A stretch of 64,000 bases of DNA from Mobula hypostoma. Taxonomy: Eukaryota. Where the stretch lies: the NCBI RefSeq assembly GCF_963921235.1, contig NC_086097.1, positions 75,084,001 through 75,148,000 on the forward strand. Reading direction: 5' to 3'. Under the pieces are notes generated by a model. That model saw nothing but the letters and a program-made list of their open reading frames with translations, did not search any database and had not been told where the DNA came from. Of this stretch, positions 23,094-36,000 are shown one piece after another. How positions within the stretch are numbered: the first letter of the stretch is position 1; each line of letters starts with the position of its first letter. The position numbers and the translations under genes are program-made.

Positions 23094-23639
23094 AAACGCG
23101 GGGCGACTGCAGGGCCCACAGCAGGAGAGGCTGGGCAGGGCCCTACCCATGAGAGGGATACAGATTCGGAGGATGATGATCTGGAAGTGTGGTACATGCT
23201 GCTTTTCGCTAACTTCCCCTTGATTGAGGAAGAGATTCCTGGCCCTTCTCCCACTAAGTCAGGTGAGGTGGGGGGGGGGCTATCTGTGGGCAGCCTGGGT
23301 TACAGCAGGACCCTGAAGGAGAGGAAGCGGGGCCTGGACACGGGACAGAGGGCTCCGAGTTGCAGGGGGGCCTGAGTGATAGATCGAGGGAGGATTCGCA
23401 AGCAGACCCGAAGTATCCCCAGTAGCGCCTGACCCTGAAGAGTTAGGTGAGGAGGTACGGAGGTCTCAGAGAATTAGGAGACCACCAGATAGGTTGGCCT
23501 ATGTAGCGCCTGGGGAACAGGGCGTGATCTCTACTGTTTTGGGGAGCTATGTCACTGCCCTTTGCACCTGGATTGGGCTTTGTGTTTTGCAGGAAGGGTT
23601 GGCGAATTATCTCAACGTCATGAGGACCTGACTAAATTT

Positions 23640-23652
23640 GGTAGGGGGAGTG
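23640..23652 (+). promoter_or_regulatory. Polypurine tract
   Basis: GGTAGGGGGAGTG immediately before the 3' LTR. Confidence 0.8.
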
Positions 23653-24229
23653 TGTAACGCACTGTATGATTTCACTGGCAATGTAATGGCTTCTTTGTAA
23701 TGTTCACTGCTGAGGTAACGGTTTCTCTGCAGCAGCAATGTTTGGGTTATGGCTGGAGATAACAGGATGCATGTTAGTCAATAAGAGATTGTTGCTGTGT
23801 CTTGTGAGTCTGGAAAGATGTTTTTTTGCAGTCTTTTATCGAGGAGAGATGAAGAGGGAAGATGCCTGTGGAGGGAGCTGGTGGACCACCGGATGGAGTG
23901 GACTGGGATCTGAGGGTCCGAAGGTCAGTGACGTTCGGAGGAGACTGATGGTGGAAGAATGGCGACTGAGTGAGCTCAAACGTGACTTTGATTTGACTTT
24001 GGGCCCTTTCTTTTTTTTGTTTATTTTCATTACTAACCCTATATTCAGATTAAGATTCATAAAGTTCAATCATTTAAATGCATATGGTGTACTGTCTGAT
24101 ATTTTGCATTGTGGGTTTGTTACTAGGGGTACATTACATAGTATCCACGCAAACGTGATTACCCAGTTTGGCGGGGCCGACGGCTGATTCCCCTAGACAA
24201 ACGCGAGCTGGGTGAGCCTGAGGGTCACA
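23653..24229 (+). repeat. 3' LTR
   Basis: TGTAACG...GGGTCACA followed by TSD CTTG. Confidence 0.95.
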
Positions 24230-24769
24230 CTTGGAATAGAATAAAATATGTATATTTTGATGCCTTTATAAATACAATGATGCAAATCATGCATTGTATG
24301 GATATAAAATATATCAAAAGAGAAATGCAGTCATATAAATGTATCTTGGGTGCTGGAAATATAATTCGGATATCTCGAGTAAATACAAGAACTTAAACAT
24401 AATACTCCATAGAGTTATTTTCTACTTTCAGACCAACAAAACTAAAATTGCTCCCAAATAAACAGAGTGATCGTTGAACAAGTGGAAGTTGATGTTATCA
24501 ATTTAAAATCATTTTACATTGTGTTTCAGAATGATTTAACTAAATCCAAAAAACAGTCTTAAATCTGAACAAACTACCTCGATATGATGGTTACATTGGC
24601 CAGCAAAGATTGGGAAGCTATAATAGAATGTATGATCACAAGTAAGGAATGGAGGAACATTTAAAGAAATAATTCATAATTTACTACAAATAGGTGTCAC
24701 AAAAATTTATGACTGGTCAGTGGGACTAAGTGTGTTTTGACAGTGCTTTGAACTCAGTTCAGAAGCAAT

Positions 24770-27480
24770 GCACGATGCTCTGATACAATAACATAGTTCA
24801 TTTAGTGCCACCAACCCAGGGATGAACCTTTGGGAATACATTCCCTTTAGGAATGAACACCTAACAGGAAAGGAGGTCCAACTGTGGCTAACATTGGAAT
24901 TGAGAATGGTTGAAAATTATAGGAAGAGATTTATAATGTTATCAAATATGATATAAATTTGAGGTCTGGGATGAATTTGGAAGAAAGGATGAACAAACGA
25001 ATGAGCAAAAGAGAGAATGAGAGTAAGCTTGCAAGAGACCTAAAAATAGATGGTTAAATGCGAGTGTTGGTGAAAAGAGTACGGTACAGGAACTCCTACT
25101 TTCTGTGCCAAGCATCCAACCATGATGCCAAATTAAACATATAGTGGTTGGTTGATTAACAAAATGGAAAGTATTAAGATATAGTATGGGGTTGGGTGGA
25201 ATGGTTTGAAATGATAATGGAAATCAAGTTAGATTTATGAAAGAGAAATCATGCTTAGGCATACTCAATTGAAACAGACCTTTTGGCTCAACTTATCTAT
25301 GCTGACTGTGTTGCCCAGCAAGCCAGCTTCATCTGCCTGTATTTGGCTCATAGCTCTTTACATCTCTCCTATCCATGTACTTATCTAGATGGCGAGTGTG
25401 CCCACCGCAACCACTGCTTCTGGCAGCTCATTTCCAAAAGACACACCATCTTTTGCATGAAGAAGATGTTCCAGACATCCCTTTTAAATCTCTGGTCTCT
25501 GATCTTAAACCTCTGCCCTCCTGTTTTTAGCAGCGCCCCCCCCCCCGATGAAAAAAGACAATGCTTGTAAGATCTGTTAATATTTTATCAAGTTGTAGCC
25601 AGCAGGCCAGAGAATGGTGAGCGTGTGGGGGTGGTGAAGCAACAATAATGGTGAAGTGGCAAAGTACTTACAACTAAAAGTTAAGGCTGGTGGATCTGAA
25701 GGTACCGCATTTAATTAGAAGCATACAGTCATAAAGCACTGCAGCCCAGAAACAGGCTCTTTGGCCCATCTAATCCATGCCAAAGTATTACTCTGCCTGG
25801 ACCCATCAACCTAGATTGAGAATCGGTTACAGACTGGAATATAGAGAGCAAAAATAAACAGATTTTGTTGAACCTATCATACTACTAGTTGGCTATCTGG
25901 AGTGTTAATGCATGGAACGCAATTGTTTAAAAGATATAGAAGTGGCTTGGTTAGTGAGTCTGAATATAGTATATTGAAGTGTTTTTACAGTACAAGACCA
26001 AGGGTAAAAATAAATTGTAAGGAGGGTGCAGAAATTGCCAGAGAATAACTATCCAGAAATTCATTCCTTGTTATTCATGCTAAATATACCATATTGCAGC
26101 GATTGTTCTCCCAACTCCACTTCTGGAAGTAAATGGAATCAAATTTCAGTAATGAAGTGGGGCAGGCAGCTGTAATCATTTAACATGTATAGCACTCCCT
26201 ACTGGAGGTGAATTTCTCAGCAAAAGAGATGTTGAGTGAATGGGCAGATGGGAGTCTATTAGAGAGAGAAGTGAATTTACCTAATCTGATTTGAGAAATG
26301 GAGAATGAAAAAATATATACAGTACTGTTCAAAAACCTTAGGCACATATATGTAGCTACGATGTCTAAGATTCTAAGACTTTTGCACAGTACTGTAGTAA
26401 TTTTATGTATTGCACTGTACTGCTGCCACAAAAAAAAGCAAATTTCATGATACATGTGATAAACTTGATTCTGAAATGGATCTCTATTGAGGACTGAGAG
26501 TGAGAAAGGGGCAGGGAAATGGGAATCATGGTTGGGAAAAGGGAAAGGGAGAGGAGAGGGAGTGGGAAGCACCAGAGAGACATTCTGTAATGAATAAATC
26601 AATTGTTTGAAATCAAATGACCTTGCCTTGTGACTTAAGGCTAGGTGTGCCTGCACCAATGCCATCCCCTGCCCCTGTCATTCCTTCTCTGCCACCTGTC
26701 TTACGTCACTCCCATGGCTCTCTACCTTCACCATTCCCAACACCCTTTGCTCCCGCCAGATGTACAAACTCCCTCTCCGCTCCATATTGACAGGACTGCG
26801 CACCAGTCTCAGCACCTTAGTTATATATACGTGTGCCTAAGACTTCTGCACAGTACTGCATATATATATTTAAATGTGAAAAATTGGGATATGATTATAA
26901 GTTACCTGAATATTTCAGGGAAATTAACACCAAGTACAGCAAGCGATCAGAAATGCAAATAGTATGATATTTTTAATGACAGGGGGAATCATAACTATAA
27001 AAATCAATCTAAGGAGATTGGGTACAGTTTTTGCCTTCCTACCCAAGGAAAGATGGGCTTGCATTAGAATATTTGTAAGGAAGATTCACAAGATTGGCTC
27101 TTGAGATGAGGAAATTGTGCTGAGAGAGGACTAGTGTGGAATAGCCCTTGAGGTTTGAAGTGTGACTGGTAATATAACTAAAGCATTTAAAATCTGAAGG
27201 GCTGCTCCTGGGAGAATGTTTCTTTTGGCTGAGAATCTGGAACCAAGGGTTTTGGTTCAGAATAACAACCGTTTAGGACTGAGATGCAAAAAAATAACAC
27301 CATAAGAATATTTGGAATTCTCAAGCCAAGGGAATTGGGGTTGTTCAGTCAGCAAGTGGATTCAAAACAGAGTTCACAAGATTCCTGAGCACTAATAGAA
27401 CAAAAGAAATAAGGATCATTCAAGATTTTTGTGACGCAGATCAGCCACAATATTAATGTCATGGTATCAGTTGAAGGTTA
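24770..27480. repeat. Patchwork of old CR1 debris (mostly plus strand; minus-strand tails near 25270-25570 and 25725-25810)
   Basis: Residual CR1-like phrases (GAGAGTAAGCTTGCAAG, GGAAGATTCACAAGATTG, GGCAGCTCATTTCCA) without open frames. Confidence 0.5.
26320..26858. mobile_element. Composite Tc1-type MITE: two TIR-only mini-elements flanking ~400 bp of cargo
   Basis: 26320-26394 and 26791-26858 are each short palindromes built on CAGTACTG(T/C)GCA..AGTCTTAGGCAC, inverted relative to each other, with TA-rich flanks. Confidence 0.7.
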
Positions 27481-27513
27481 TCAGTTTTCATCTGCTCTTA
27501 GCTGTAGCTCAGT

Positions 27514-27745
27514 GGGCAGCATGGTAGCGTAACGACTAGCACAATGCTTTGAAGTACAGGCAACTAAGTTCAATTCCCCGTGACCACATGGGTTTGCGCG
27601 TTCTCCCTGTGACCACGTGGGTTTCCTCCGGGTGCTTTGGTTTCCTCCAACAGTACAACGGTGTACCGGTTGGTGGTAAGTTGTCCCTGACTAGGCTAGG
27701 ATTAATTTGGTGGATTGCTGGGCAGCATGGCTCAAAGGGTGTGGC
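27514..27745 (+). mobile_element. tRNA-derived V-SINE (HE1-like)
   Basis: A-box-like TGGTAGCGTAACGA, B-box-like AGTTCAATTCC, V-domain GTTCTCCCTGTGACCACGTGGGTTTCCTCCGGGTGCTTTGGTTTCCTCC. Confidence 0.8.
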
Positions 27746-27811
27746 TCCAAGTCATAGTTAAATATTTGAGTAATGCAAGGTGTCACATTACAGGACAAGA
27801 ACCGCCAGCAT

Positions 27812-28280
27812 ATGGTGGTAGTGTGATCACTCGTCGAGTATGATGTTCTCCTTAGGAGTTGTCTACTGGTGGAGCTTCAGGTAGTTCTAGAGGCCAATTG
27901 GAATCTACATATATCCAGGATGTTGGGGTGGATGGAGAATCCTTAATGGAGAACATCTGTGTGTGACTTTAATGTGGAGAGGCTGATGCATGGGCCGCCA
28001 TCATGCAATCCTTGACAGATTGGTGTCAGGGTCCAGTGGCATGGAATGGAAGATGACTGGGAATCCTTCACCTCCGCTGCCATCCTCCATCTTCACTGGC
28101 AGCTCTATCTTTGAGGACTTGGTTGGATCGTTCTTTGTCTGGAATCTTTCCCTGGACGTTACCACCATGGATAACCCTACCAAGAGCTAAGTGCCAGATG
28201 GCTAAACTCCATATGCCGTCACTCTGGGGAACTCAGGCACTCACAAGCCTCTCCACCATGACAAGGTGGTGATCCTTAAA
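27812..28280 (-). mobile_element. Non-autonomous RTE-derived element (5' UTR joined to 3' tail)
   Basis: Minus strand starts GGATCACCACCTTGTCATGGTGGAGAGGCTTG (RTE/BovB/Expander-like 5' end) and ends ATCATACTCGACGAGTGATCACACTACCAC; no ORF. Confidence 0.55.
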
Positions 28281-29667
28281 GAAGTGTTAGGATATGCATT
28301 GCCCTGAAACAGATGTTTTCTTCAGTGTATTCAGATTTGTAGCTTTCCAAAGGGATTCTTTTCCATATACAGTATACAATTAAGACCTACTGGGGGGTGG
28401 GAAATGAATATTATCCTCTCCCAGCTTGTCCTCTTCCTGGCCCAATTAGTGTCAAAGTCATACCATTCATGAAACAGATCATCAAATTTATTTGCAAACA
28501 TTCAAGTATAATTTTGCAAAAAATACACATAACAATTATTAGAATGATTTATATAAAACGTACGCTTTTGCGGTTACTATAGAAAATTAAGATGTTTATT
28601 CTGGGAGTGTTTCTCTACTCAGTAGCACCAAACGCACCATATAATAGTATTGGTATAATAGACTTACCTCTGGAAACTCTGAAGGGAGATTGCAACACAA
28701 TGTGGCTACCATAAAGAAAGTTCAGTACTAGCAGTTGGAGGAAAAATTCCAGGTAAAAATACTTTAGTGAATCATTCAATTGGCTCTAGGATTGTTATGC
28801 TTGTACAATGAAGTGAGGGCAACTTGTATACTTTGCATGGCCTGTTAGTTTCTATGATTGTTGCACCCAGACATGCTAATTGGATTAATCCATGGTTAGA
28901 CATTGGATGGAAAGTCATGAGTGGTTAATTCTAGAAAAAAACCACCTAAAGCTAGTCAGCACCTCCAAAGTAGGGGTTGAATTATGGCAGGAGAAAATGC
29001 CAACAGACGTTCTGCAACTACATCTGATCTAGGAAAAATTGAATTAGCACGATACATGAGGGATAGGAGTTCATTCGGACCTCTTTTAGGGGATAGAACA
29101 GTGAGATTAATGTCAGGATTTAAGCCACAAGGACTTGGATGTAGTGAACTATAAAGAACACAGTTTGCTCTTGCTCAGGTCTTGGAGGAGAACTCCATGC
29201 TGAATTCCCTGGGCCAATAAATCTTCATGCTGACAGTCATTTTCCTGCTTTCCTCCATCTGCTTTATATGTTGCCTATTCATTCTCCTTGTCAAGCACTA
29301 TGACAAAAGGGATATTTAGAAAATGCAACAACGTCCATGTAAGAATGAACCCCTAGTCAGTAAGACATTCTTTTTAGCACATTCTACATATCCCCCATGT
29401 CATCATCCAAAATTTGAACCAACTGCAGAAATTTCAAACATGTAAAATCACACCAATTGCCAGAAAATCAGCAACTAGCCCATAATTCAGTGATGATCTC
29501 CTTCAATTGTGCTGATGTGGGAACTAATCCTGCAACAGGATACGTTTAACCCTTGATGTTCCCCTGAAGGTTGAGCTGCAAAGGAGGCAAATCCAAAGTG
29601 AAATCAGAATTGTATGTTCATTGACATGATGATCCTGCTAATACTCCAGTTGACACGTTGTGCTTAT

Positions 29668-30020
29668 GAACATAGGAAACAGAAGTAGGTATAAGTCATA
29701 TGGCTTCTTGAGCTTGCTTCTCTAGCCAACAAGATCATGGGTGGTATAATATTAAATATTACCTTCCCATTCCTGCCTATTCTCCATAAGCAGACAGTCC
29801 AAAAATCAGTCTACCTCAATCTTGAATATATTCAGTAACTCAGTTTCCACAGGTCCCTAGAAAAGAAAAATGCTAACAATCATGAATTTCTGAGAGAAGA
29901 AATCCTCCTCACCTGCATCTCCATCTTTATTTACTGGAACCAAGTTCTAGATTTTTCCTGTGGGAAAATATACTTCCATCATTTTTGCTGTTAATTCCTC
30001 TCAGAAACTTAGATGTCTGG
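29668..30020 (-). repeat. Old CR1 3' end
   Basis: AACATAGGAAACAGAAGTAGG...AAGATCATGG...GAGAGAAGAAATCCTCCTCA resembles the younger CR1 tails at 40200 and 52735. Confidence 0.55.
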
Positions 30021-33000
30021 TGCAACACATTTCACACATTCCCACATATTCCAAATATCTTTTTGGACCTTGACGTGTTCCTAATCTGTACATTTACTTC
30101 AGGATATTCTCAAGTCATTAAGATTTTTACCCATTGTGTTGTCTATTTCAAGTGTACTGATCACTTAATATTTTGTATACTGTATTTCCTGCCTCAGTAA
30201 TAAGGTGACTGCAGTGTTATTATAGTCAGATTTTGCAGCTGCTGCCATAGTGAGAGAAAATCTGGTAGACTGCCAAGGAAAGCTTGGGTGAGATCAGCGA
30301 CACCCTAGCATTATGTCTACAATCATCACAGACCTTACTAATCTTATCTTGTCATTAAGTTTGCAGTTAGGGTTCAATTTTAGGCTGAAGCACAATGCAC
30401 TAACTAATAAAAGAGAAAGCATAGTCTGATTCTTGATGCAAATTAGGGCTTATAATTATCTAGTAGTGATGAACTGATTTCACCTATGCCAATGTTGGTG
30501 CCAGTATAAGTCAAAAGTAAACTGGATGGTTTCCCAAACAAATTAAAAATAAATTGATTGCTACCTTGCAGCTTCCTTATTATACATTAGCCAAAAAGTT
30601 ATAAAACAACATCGCAGAAGTTTGACAAGTCACCTCTTTGCCCTTTTGGCCTTTATAATTGTGTTGCATAGAGAAAAGTCGTCATTCTTTGGAACACTAT
30701 GGCGTAGTCTATATCAACAACCTGAAAGCGCAGTGCAGGGAGTTGTTGGTACTGGTGTATAACTAGAATCCCAACATGAGTTATAAAAAGAGGTGTGATG
30801 AAACTGAAAACTATATGCAAATTTTATAATTAATTAGAAGTGTAATTGCTGAAGTGTAATTAAGTGTAAAAGTTAATTTTACATTCGTGAGGCCATTAAA
30901 ATTTTCCTCAGTACAAAAAATTAATTGCTGAATTAGAAGTTTTCTTTTCTGAAGCAATTTTAAAAAAAAGAGTACTGGGCAATATATAGCATTTGCTCAT
31001 TGGACCAAGAAACCCAAGCCTAAATCAAAGGTCATTTTAAAATCTTATTTCAAATTTTAGTTGGAGTTCATCCAATCATTAGATTCTGTAGAAATTCCCA
31101 TAGGAATGTTAATCTGAGGCTCCGATGGAGGTTATGGCAGCTGATTGAGTTACTTGATAGCTAAATATTTGTCAAAAGGTTCCTGTATCACTTTTGTACT
31201 GGAAAATGCCCTTGTCAACTTTATGTGTGCTATTTTGTCCTCTTGATATTATTAATGCTGCATTTCCTTAATGCAGATTGGAAGTGGTAGTTGGTTGGCA
31301 ATGGGAGTGGTGAAAACCTACCTGTGTATGATAATTTTACATAAAAATTCCAATATAAACATGGACAATGTAATTTATAATAGAAAATCTTGTTCTGAAG
31401 TTTACATACTGAATATTTTCACTCTGTCATCAGTGATATTCATTTGGGAAAGACGTATTTTACACAGTGTTCATGGTGCTATTCCACGGAGTCTTAAGAT
31501 ATATCAAAACAGTTGTTGCATGTCATTGTACTAATACATTGCTCCACAAAACAGCATGACTTGGCTGAGCTCTTAGTATTAACTGGACTGTCATGAGCAA
31601 AATGTAAATTGACAGTGGACTGGAAAATCAGAAGGAAAATAAAAAATAACACAAGAAAATCAGTATTTTCCTGTTTAAATGCAGAGAATACTTCAATATC
31701 TTTTGGAAGATACTAGCCTTTTCCCTTTAAAATCTTTTTTCCAACTCCACAACACTGGAACTTTGAAAATACCAACAGGAAATAAAAATGATACAGAGGA
31801 AAAGAAGCTCCCCAAATGTGCGTTTTATCAGCTTACCAAGAAAGAAAGTTAAATTTTCTCAGTCTAGCTCGTTGGCACTCTAAATATTGCAACAATGGTA
31901 TCAGTGCCAATGTGATTTCAGTGCTAACAGCTGATAACAGGAGCAGTCTTCCTTCTTCAGTCCTTTTTAAAAATGCCGGTTTTAAAATATATTTACACTT
32001 GCAGTGCCAATAAGTCAAGGTGATAGAAATTCAAGCTAGCAGTAAGACAAATTATTAAAATATACTATTTTTGGACAAGAGTGAGGTAGGAAATTAGTTC
32101 TAGTTCTTGGGTCTGCATAAATTATGGAAATGCTAAGGCCATTGAATAACAAAAATGTATTCTACAATCTGTACCCCTACATCACATAGATAGATTTTAT
32201 ATCATTTGACAGAAATGATTGTTGCATCACAAATATTCATTTTTAGTATGTTAATTTACCAAAGTAAAATATACCATAAATGAATTCAGCAGTATATTTT
32301 GAAGTTAGAATGTGCCCAATTTTTAAAAAAATTGTTAGTGTATTTGGAGTATAATGCTGTGTGAATGGCTTTGCATAATATATGATGCTGACATAATCAT
32401 TTTAATAACATTTAAGGAATTAGGCAGTGGTGTTCTACTTGATCTGATCAATAAATATGTTAATTAAAACCACTAGAGAGAATGTGCTCTCTTACAACAG
32501 CTCATGCTTATAATTTACTCTTCCCATTTCCTTCATCTTTACCCCATATCTCTCCAGAACTCCCACCCTAATTCACTTGACACATGTAACAGAAGCAGAC
32601 TAACAGAAATCAAAAGGCTGTACGACATGGGTGCCAGTCCAGCATTCAGAAGAGGGTCAGTTTTTAACTTCATTAAATTGCTGTCGTATGGTGTCTGCTG
32701 ACAAGCATCTGACTTTGGAGAGCCTTGCTCATCAGGTATTCTCTCAGATTATTATCAAGAAAAGCCACTCTCATTAGGGGTCTCGAGAAGGCAGCTAATT
32801 AAGGGACAAGGTCTGTTCAAAACTGAGACAATTACACCTGTAGACTCCCCAGAACCACTAAGAATCCCAGAAAACCTCTATGTTTAGTTGCCTTGTTCAG
32901 GAAGCAAAGAGTAAGTCCATTAAAAAAATGAGAGACAGAAACTGTCAACCATTTGAAAGGCTTTACAAAAATGATCATCCAATTAGTGGTTATGATCAAA

Positions 33001-36000
33001 TCAGGCATGAACTCTCCCTGGATGGCTCCATAATTTTCCTTCTTGCATGGTGTAATTTCATATAGCTCAAATGAACTCGTGAGAGGTAATTCAGTTCCAA
33101 ACAGTTTTCTCATCACTGCTAATTATACTAATACATTGAAATGCCTCTTACAAAATGCATGAGCCCTTTAAGCCACCTCATTAATGTGATATAATTTTTG
33201 CAAGAATATGTATCAAACCTATTATCACTATACCTTTTCCTCAATGCTGCCTAGTGCCTAGCAGAAGTTGAAAATGTTTGAATCTTTGGTTTTGTCTTCA
33301 TTGTAATTAAGTATTTCTTTCATTAGATTGTTAATTTTCCATCAATAGTATTTTATTCAATGGTTTCAGCTGCAATATCCATGCCTTAGAAGGCTTTGAC
33401 ACTCTGATCTATTTGTGTACTGCTTCAAGATGACACGTCCACTTATAGCTGCTTTCTCTTGAGCCAAATAGTGCATGCAATGATTTGCAAAATGTAATAC
33501 CCGCAATGCAAATCTGAAGCAAAAAAGACAAAAAAGTCAGTTGATTGATAAACAAGGCAGTAAGCACGTATAAAGAAGGTATTTATGTCAGTTATTTTAA
33601 CTACTGGTAAGGGCCTTTGTTGAAACACGAGTTAGTTCCAGTATTTAACCCTGAAGCATTAATTTATGCTTTATGGCATGGGTGCTTTATCATTTCCTTT
33701 ATCAAAAGACAGTCATCTCATTAACTAGGTTTTGATGAGATGCAAGGATACACTTCTTAATTTTTAAAATGATCACAATACAAATCAAGATGAAACCTCA
33801 ACAATGCCTTGTAGCCCCTAAAATGAAATGGATTCACAGTCAAATTCATATAAACAGCTGAGTACCCAAAATTAAAAGCTATACTGACATGAATTTTCTA
33901 ATGCATGAGACAATACATAAATCTGGAATAGATATACTGTAGTTTTAGAATAACCTTTATTGTATGCATTCAGAAATGTTAACTGAGATATGAATTAAAG
34001 GATTTAAAATGCAGATTTACATTGTGTGTAGATAACAATTAGATAGGAGTCATTGAAAAGAAACATCTTCTGAGCAGACTATAGGGAACTCATTTATCTG
34101 GTATGTATGTAGTGCATGCCTCTCATATCAGCAAAGAAGCACAGTTGATAGGGTGGTGTATCTGTGAGATTGAGGGTGACCCTTTTTATTTAAATTTGTA
34201 TATAATGCCAATTTTTGACCTTGAAAATTTAGCATTGATCTCTTTCATTACAAATTGAATGTATGGTTCATGCCAGAATAAAAATCCTTCTTAGTTCTTG
34301 TCATGTGGCTTACATATCCTAAAATCCACTAGTATGAAATCTTCGCCACTAATCCTGCAAGTCAATTTTCAAGTAACCTTGACTTAACCATTCCTTTACC
34401 TTACTTGAAAAAGGAGAAATCTGTTGATTTTTTAAAAACATATAAACAACCAGTAATTGTGAGAAATAAGTTATAACCAAATGTAAAGAATTTTTGATTC
34501 ATGGATGTGCCAGTATATGTAGGGAGGGGGAAATGAAGCATTGTTGCAGCAGAGCAGACCAGCTTACTGCCAGCAGTGCGTTGCAGAACATTAACACCAT
34601 AATTTACATGAAATTACTTACATACTGCTACAATAATTTAATTTGTTTGACCAACACAGTGCAACTACAGAAGAATAGATACAGATAACCACTGGAGGGA
34701 CTGCTGCTTATTCTTCCAGTTGGTTAATTCTGTTTTAGCATAATATTACACTGATTGCAATGAGAGCATTAACATCAGGCCTTTGTTAATAACTTGGGAT
34801 ATAGCCATGATTTGAAACCAAATGTGTTATCTGTTCTGAATCTTTAGTTCTAAAATCACACAAAGCAATTGGTACTCATAATATGCTGTACCGGCATCAT
34901 GCAATTTAGAATATTTTATCTTCTATTCCAATACATATTCGTAAATTTGAAAATCATGCACTCTTTGTTTTTGATATCATGTAAAAAAAAATTTAACTTG
35001 CTTCTAATGCATGTTTTTTGTGTAAACAAATTTCTAGATGTTACTGCAGCACCTTTGGGCGGCATGCCATTCACATTCATTTAATAAAGAAGGTGTTTTG
35101 TGTCAAATTCTCTACTTTGTATTTCAATTGCCCGTAATGTGCAGTGACATATTCTTAATATAAACACATCTCGTCCTGATTCGTGTACAATATATATTTT
35201 ATATAAACAGTCTCCCCATTTGTAATCTCAGACAACTGACAGGTCGGAAATGAAGTTTTTGTGAACTTATTTTTCCCCTGTTTGAAAGTAATTATTGGCT
35301 TTTGTTAAGCCACCAGCATCACTTTGCATTTTTGATGCCCGCTGTTCAGTTTGGCCTCGATCCTGTCACATCATGGATGGACTGCAGTCTAGATATGGAA
35401 CGCCCAGAGTTTTTTTTTGAGATTGTACATGATAAAACCAAATTGACAGTTAGTCGATGTTCTTGTGAGGCATGTAAGGACTCATATCGGAGATATTCTG
35501 CATGCACATAACAAGAGATTTCTATTATTGCATTTGGCAATACCAGAGGTATGACATTAGTAATGCTCATTGTGTCTGAGTGTAAAAACAGAATTCCATT
35601 CAGTGATCTGCCATGCTAAGTAGAAATACATTTACATACATAAATTTGGATTTACATCAAATTCCTAAGGTAAGTACAGATCAGCATCATCACCGACACA
35701 AGATCTATTGACTAGTGGCTAGGAAGCTTTTATCCAGATATTCTTATAAATGTAATTTACACATTGCTGCTTATCACATTTTCTTCATTACTCTATCAAA
35801 AACAGACCTAATAGAGATGTTGATTGAAACAATTAGCTAATGTAATAATTCATTATACCACTAAGAAGTTAAATTGAAGCTAAGCATTTTGCTTGAATAT
35901 ACTAAGAACTCTGACATACCACGTTCTTGTTGGTGATTAAATAACACCTATTTGAAGTTATTTTCTTCAATATTTGTATGTTTTGGTATTTAGATCCATA

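Larger units (their letters stand above)
17174..24229 (+). mobile_element. Full-length decayed Ty3/Gypsy LTR retrotransposon with PNMA-like gag
   Basis: LTRs 17174-17751 and 23653-24229; TSD CTTG at 17170-17173 and 24230-24233; PBS, PPT and gag-PR-RT-RH-IN order. Confidence 0.97.

Noticed and set aside
23093..23640. env-like third ORF in the Gypsy element
   Set aside because: Too short, interrupted, and lacking a signal peptide or clear transmembrane ORF; it looks like the low-complexity pol tail.
28660..28760. Minus-strand AG...GTAAGT micro-exon candidate
   Set aside because: Such motifs are expected by chance, and there is no coding or neighbouring exon evidence.
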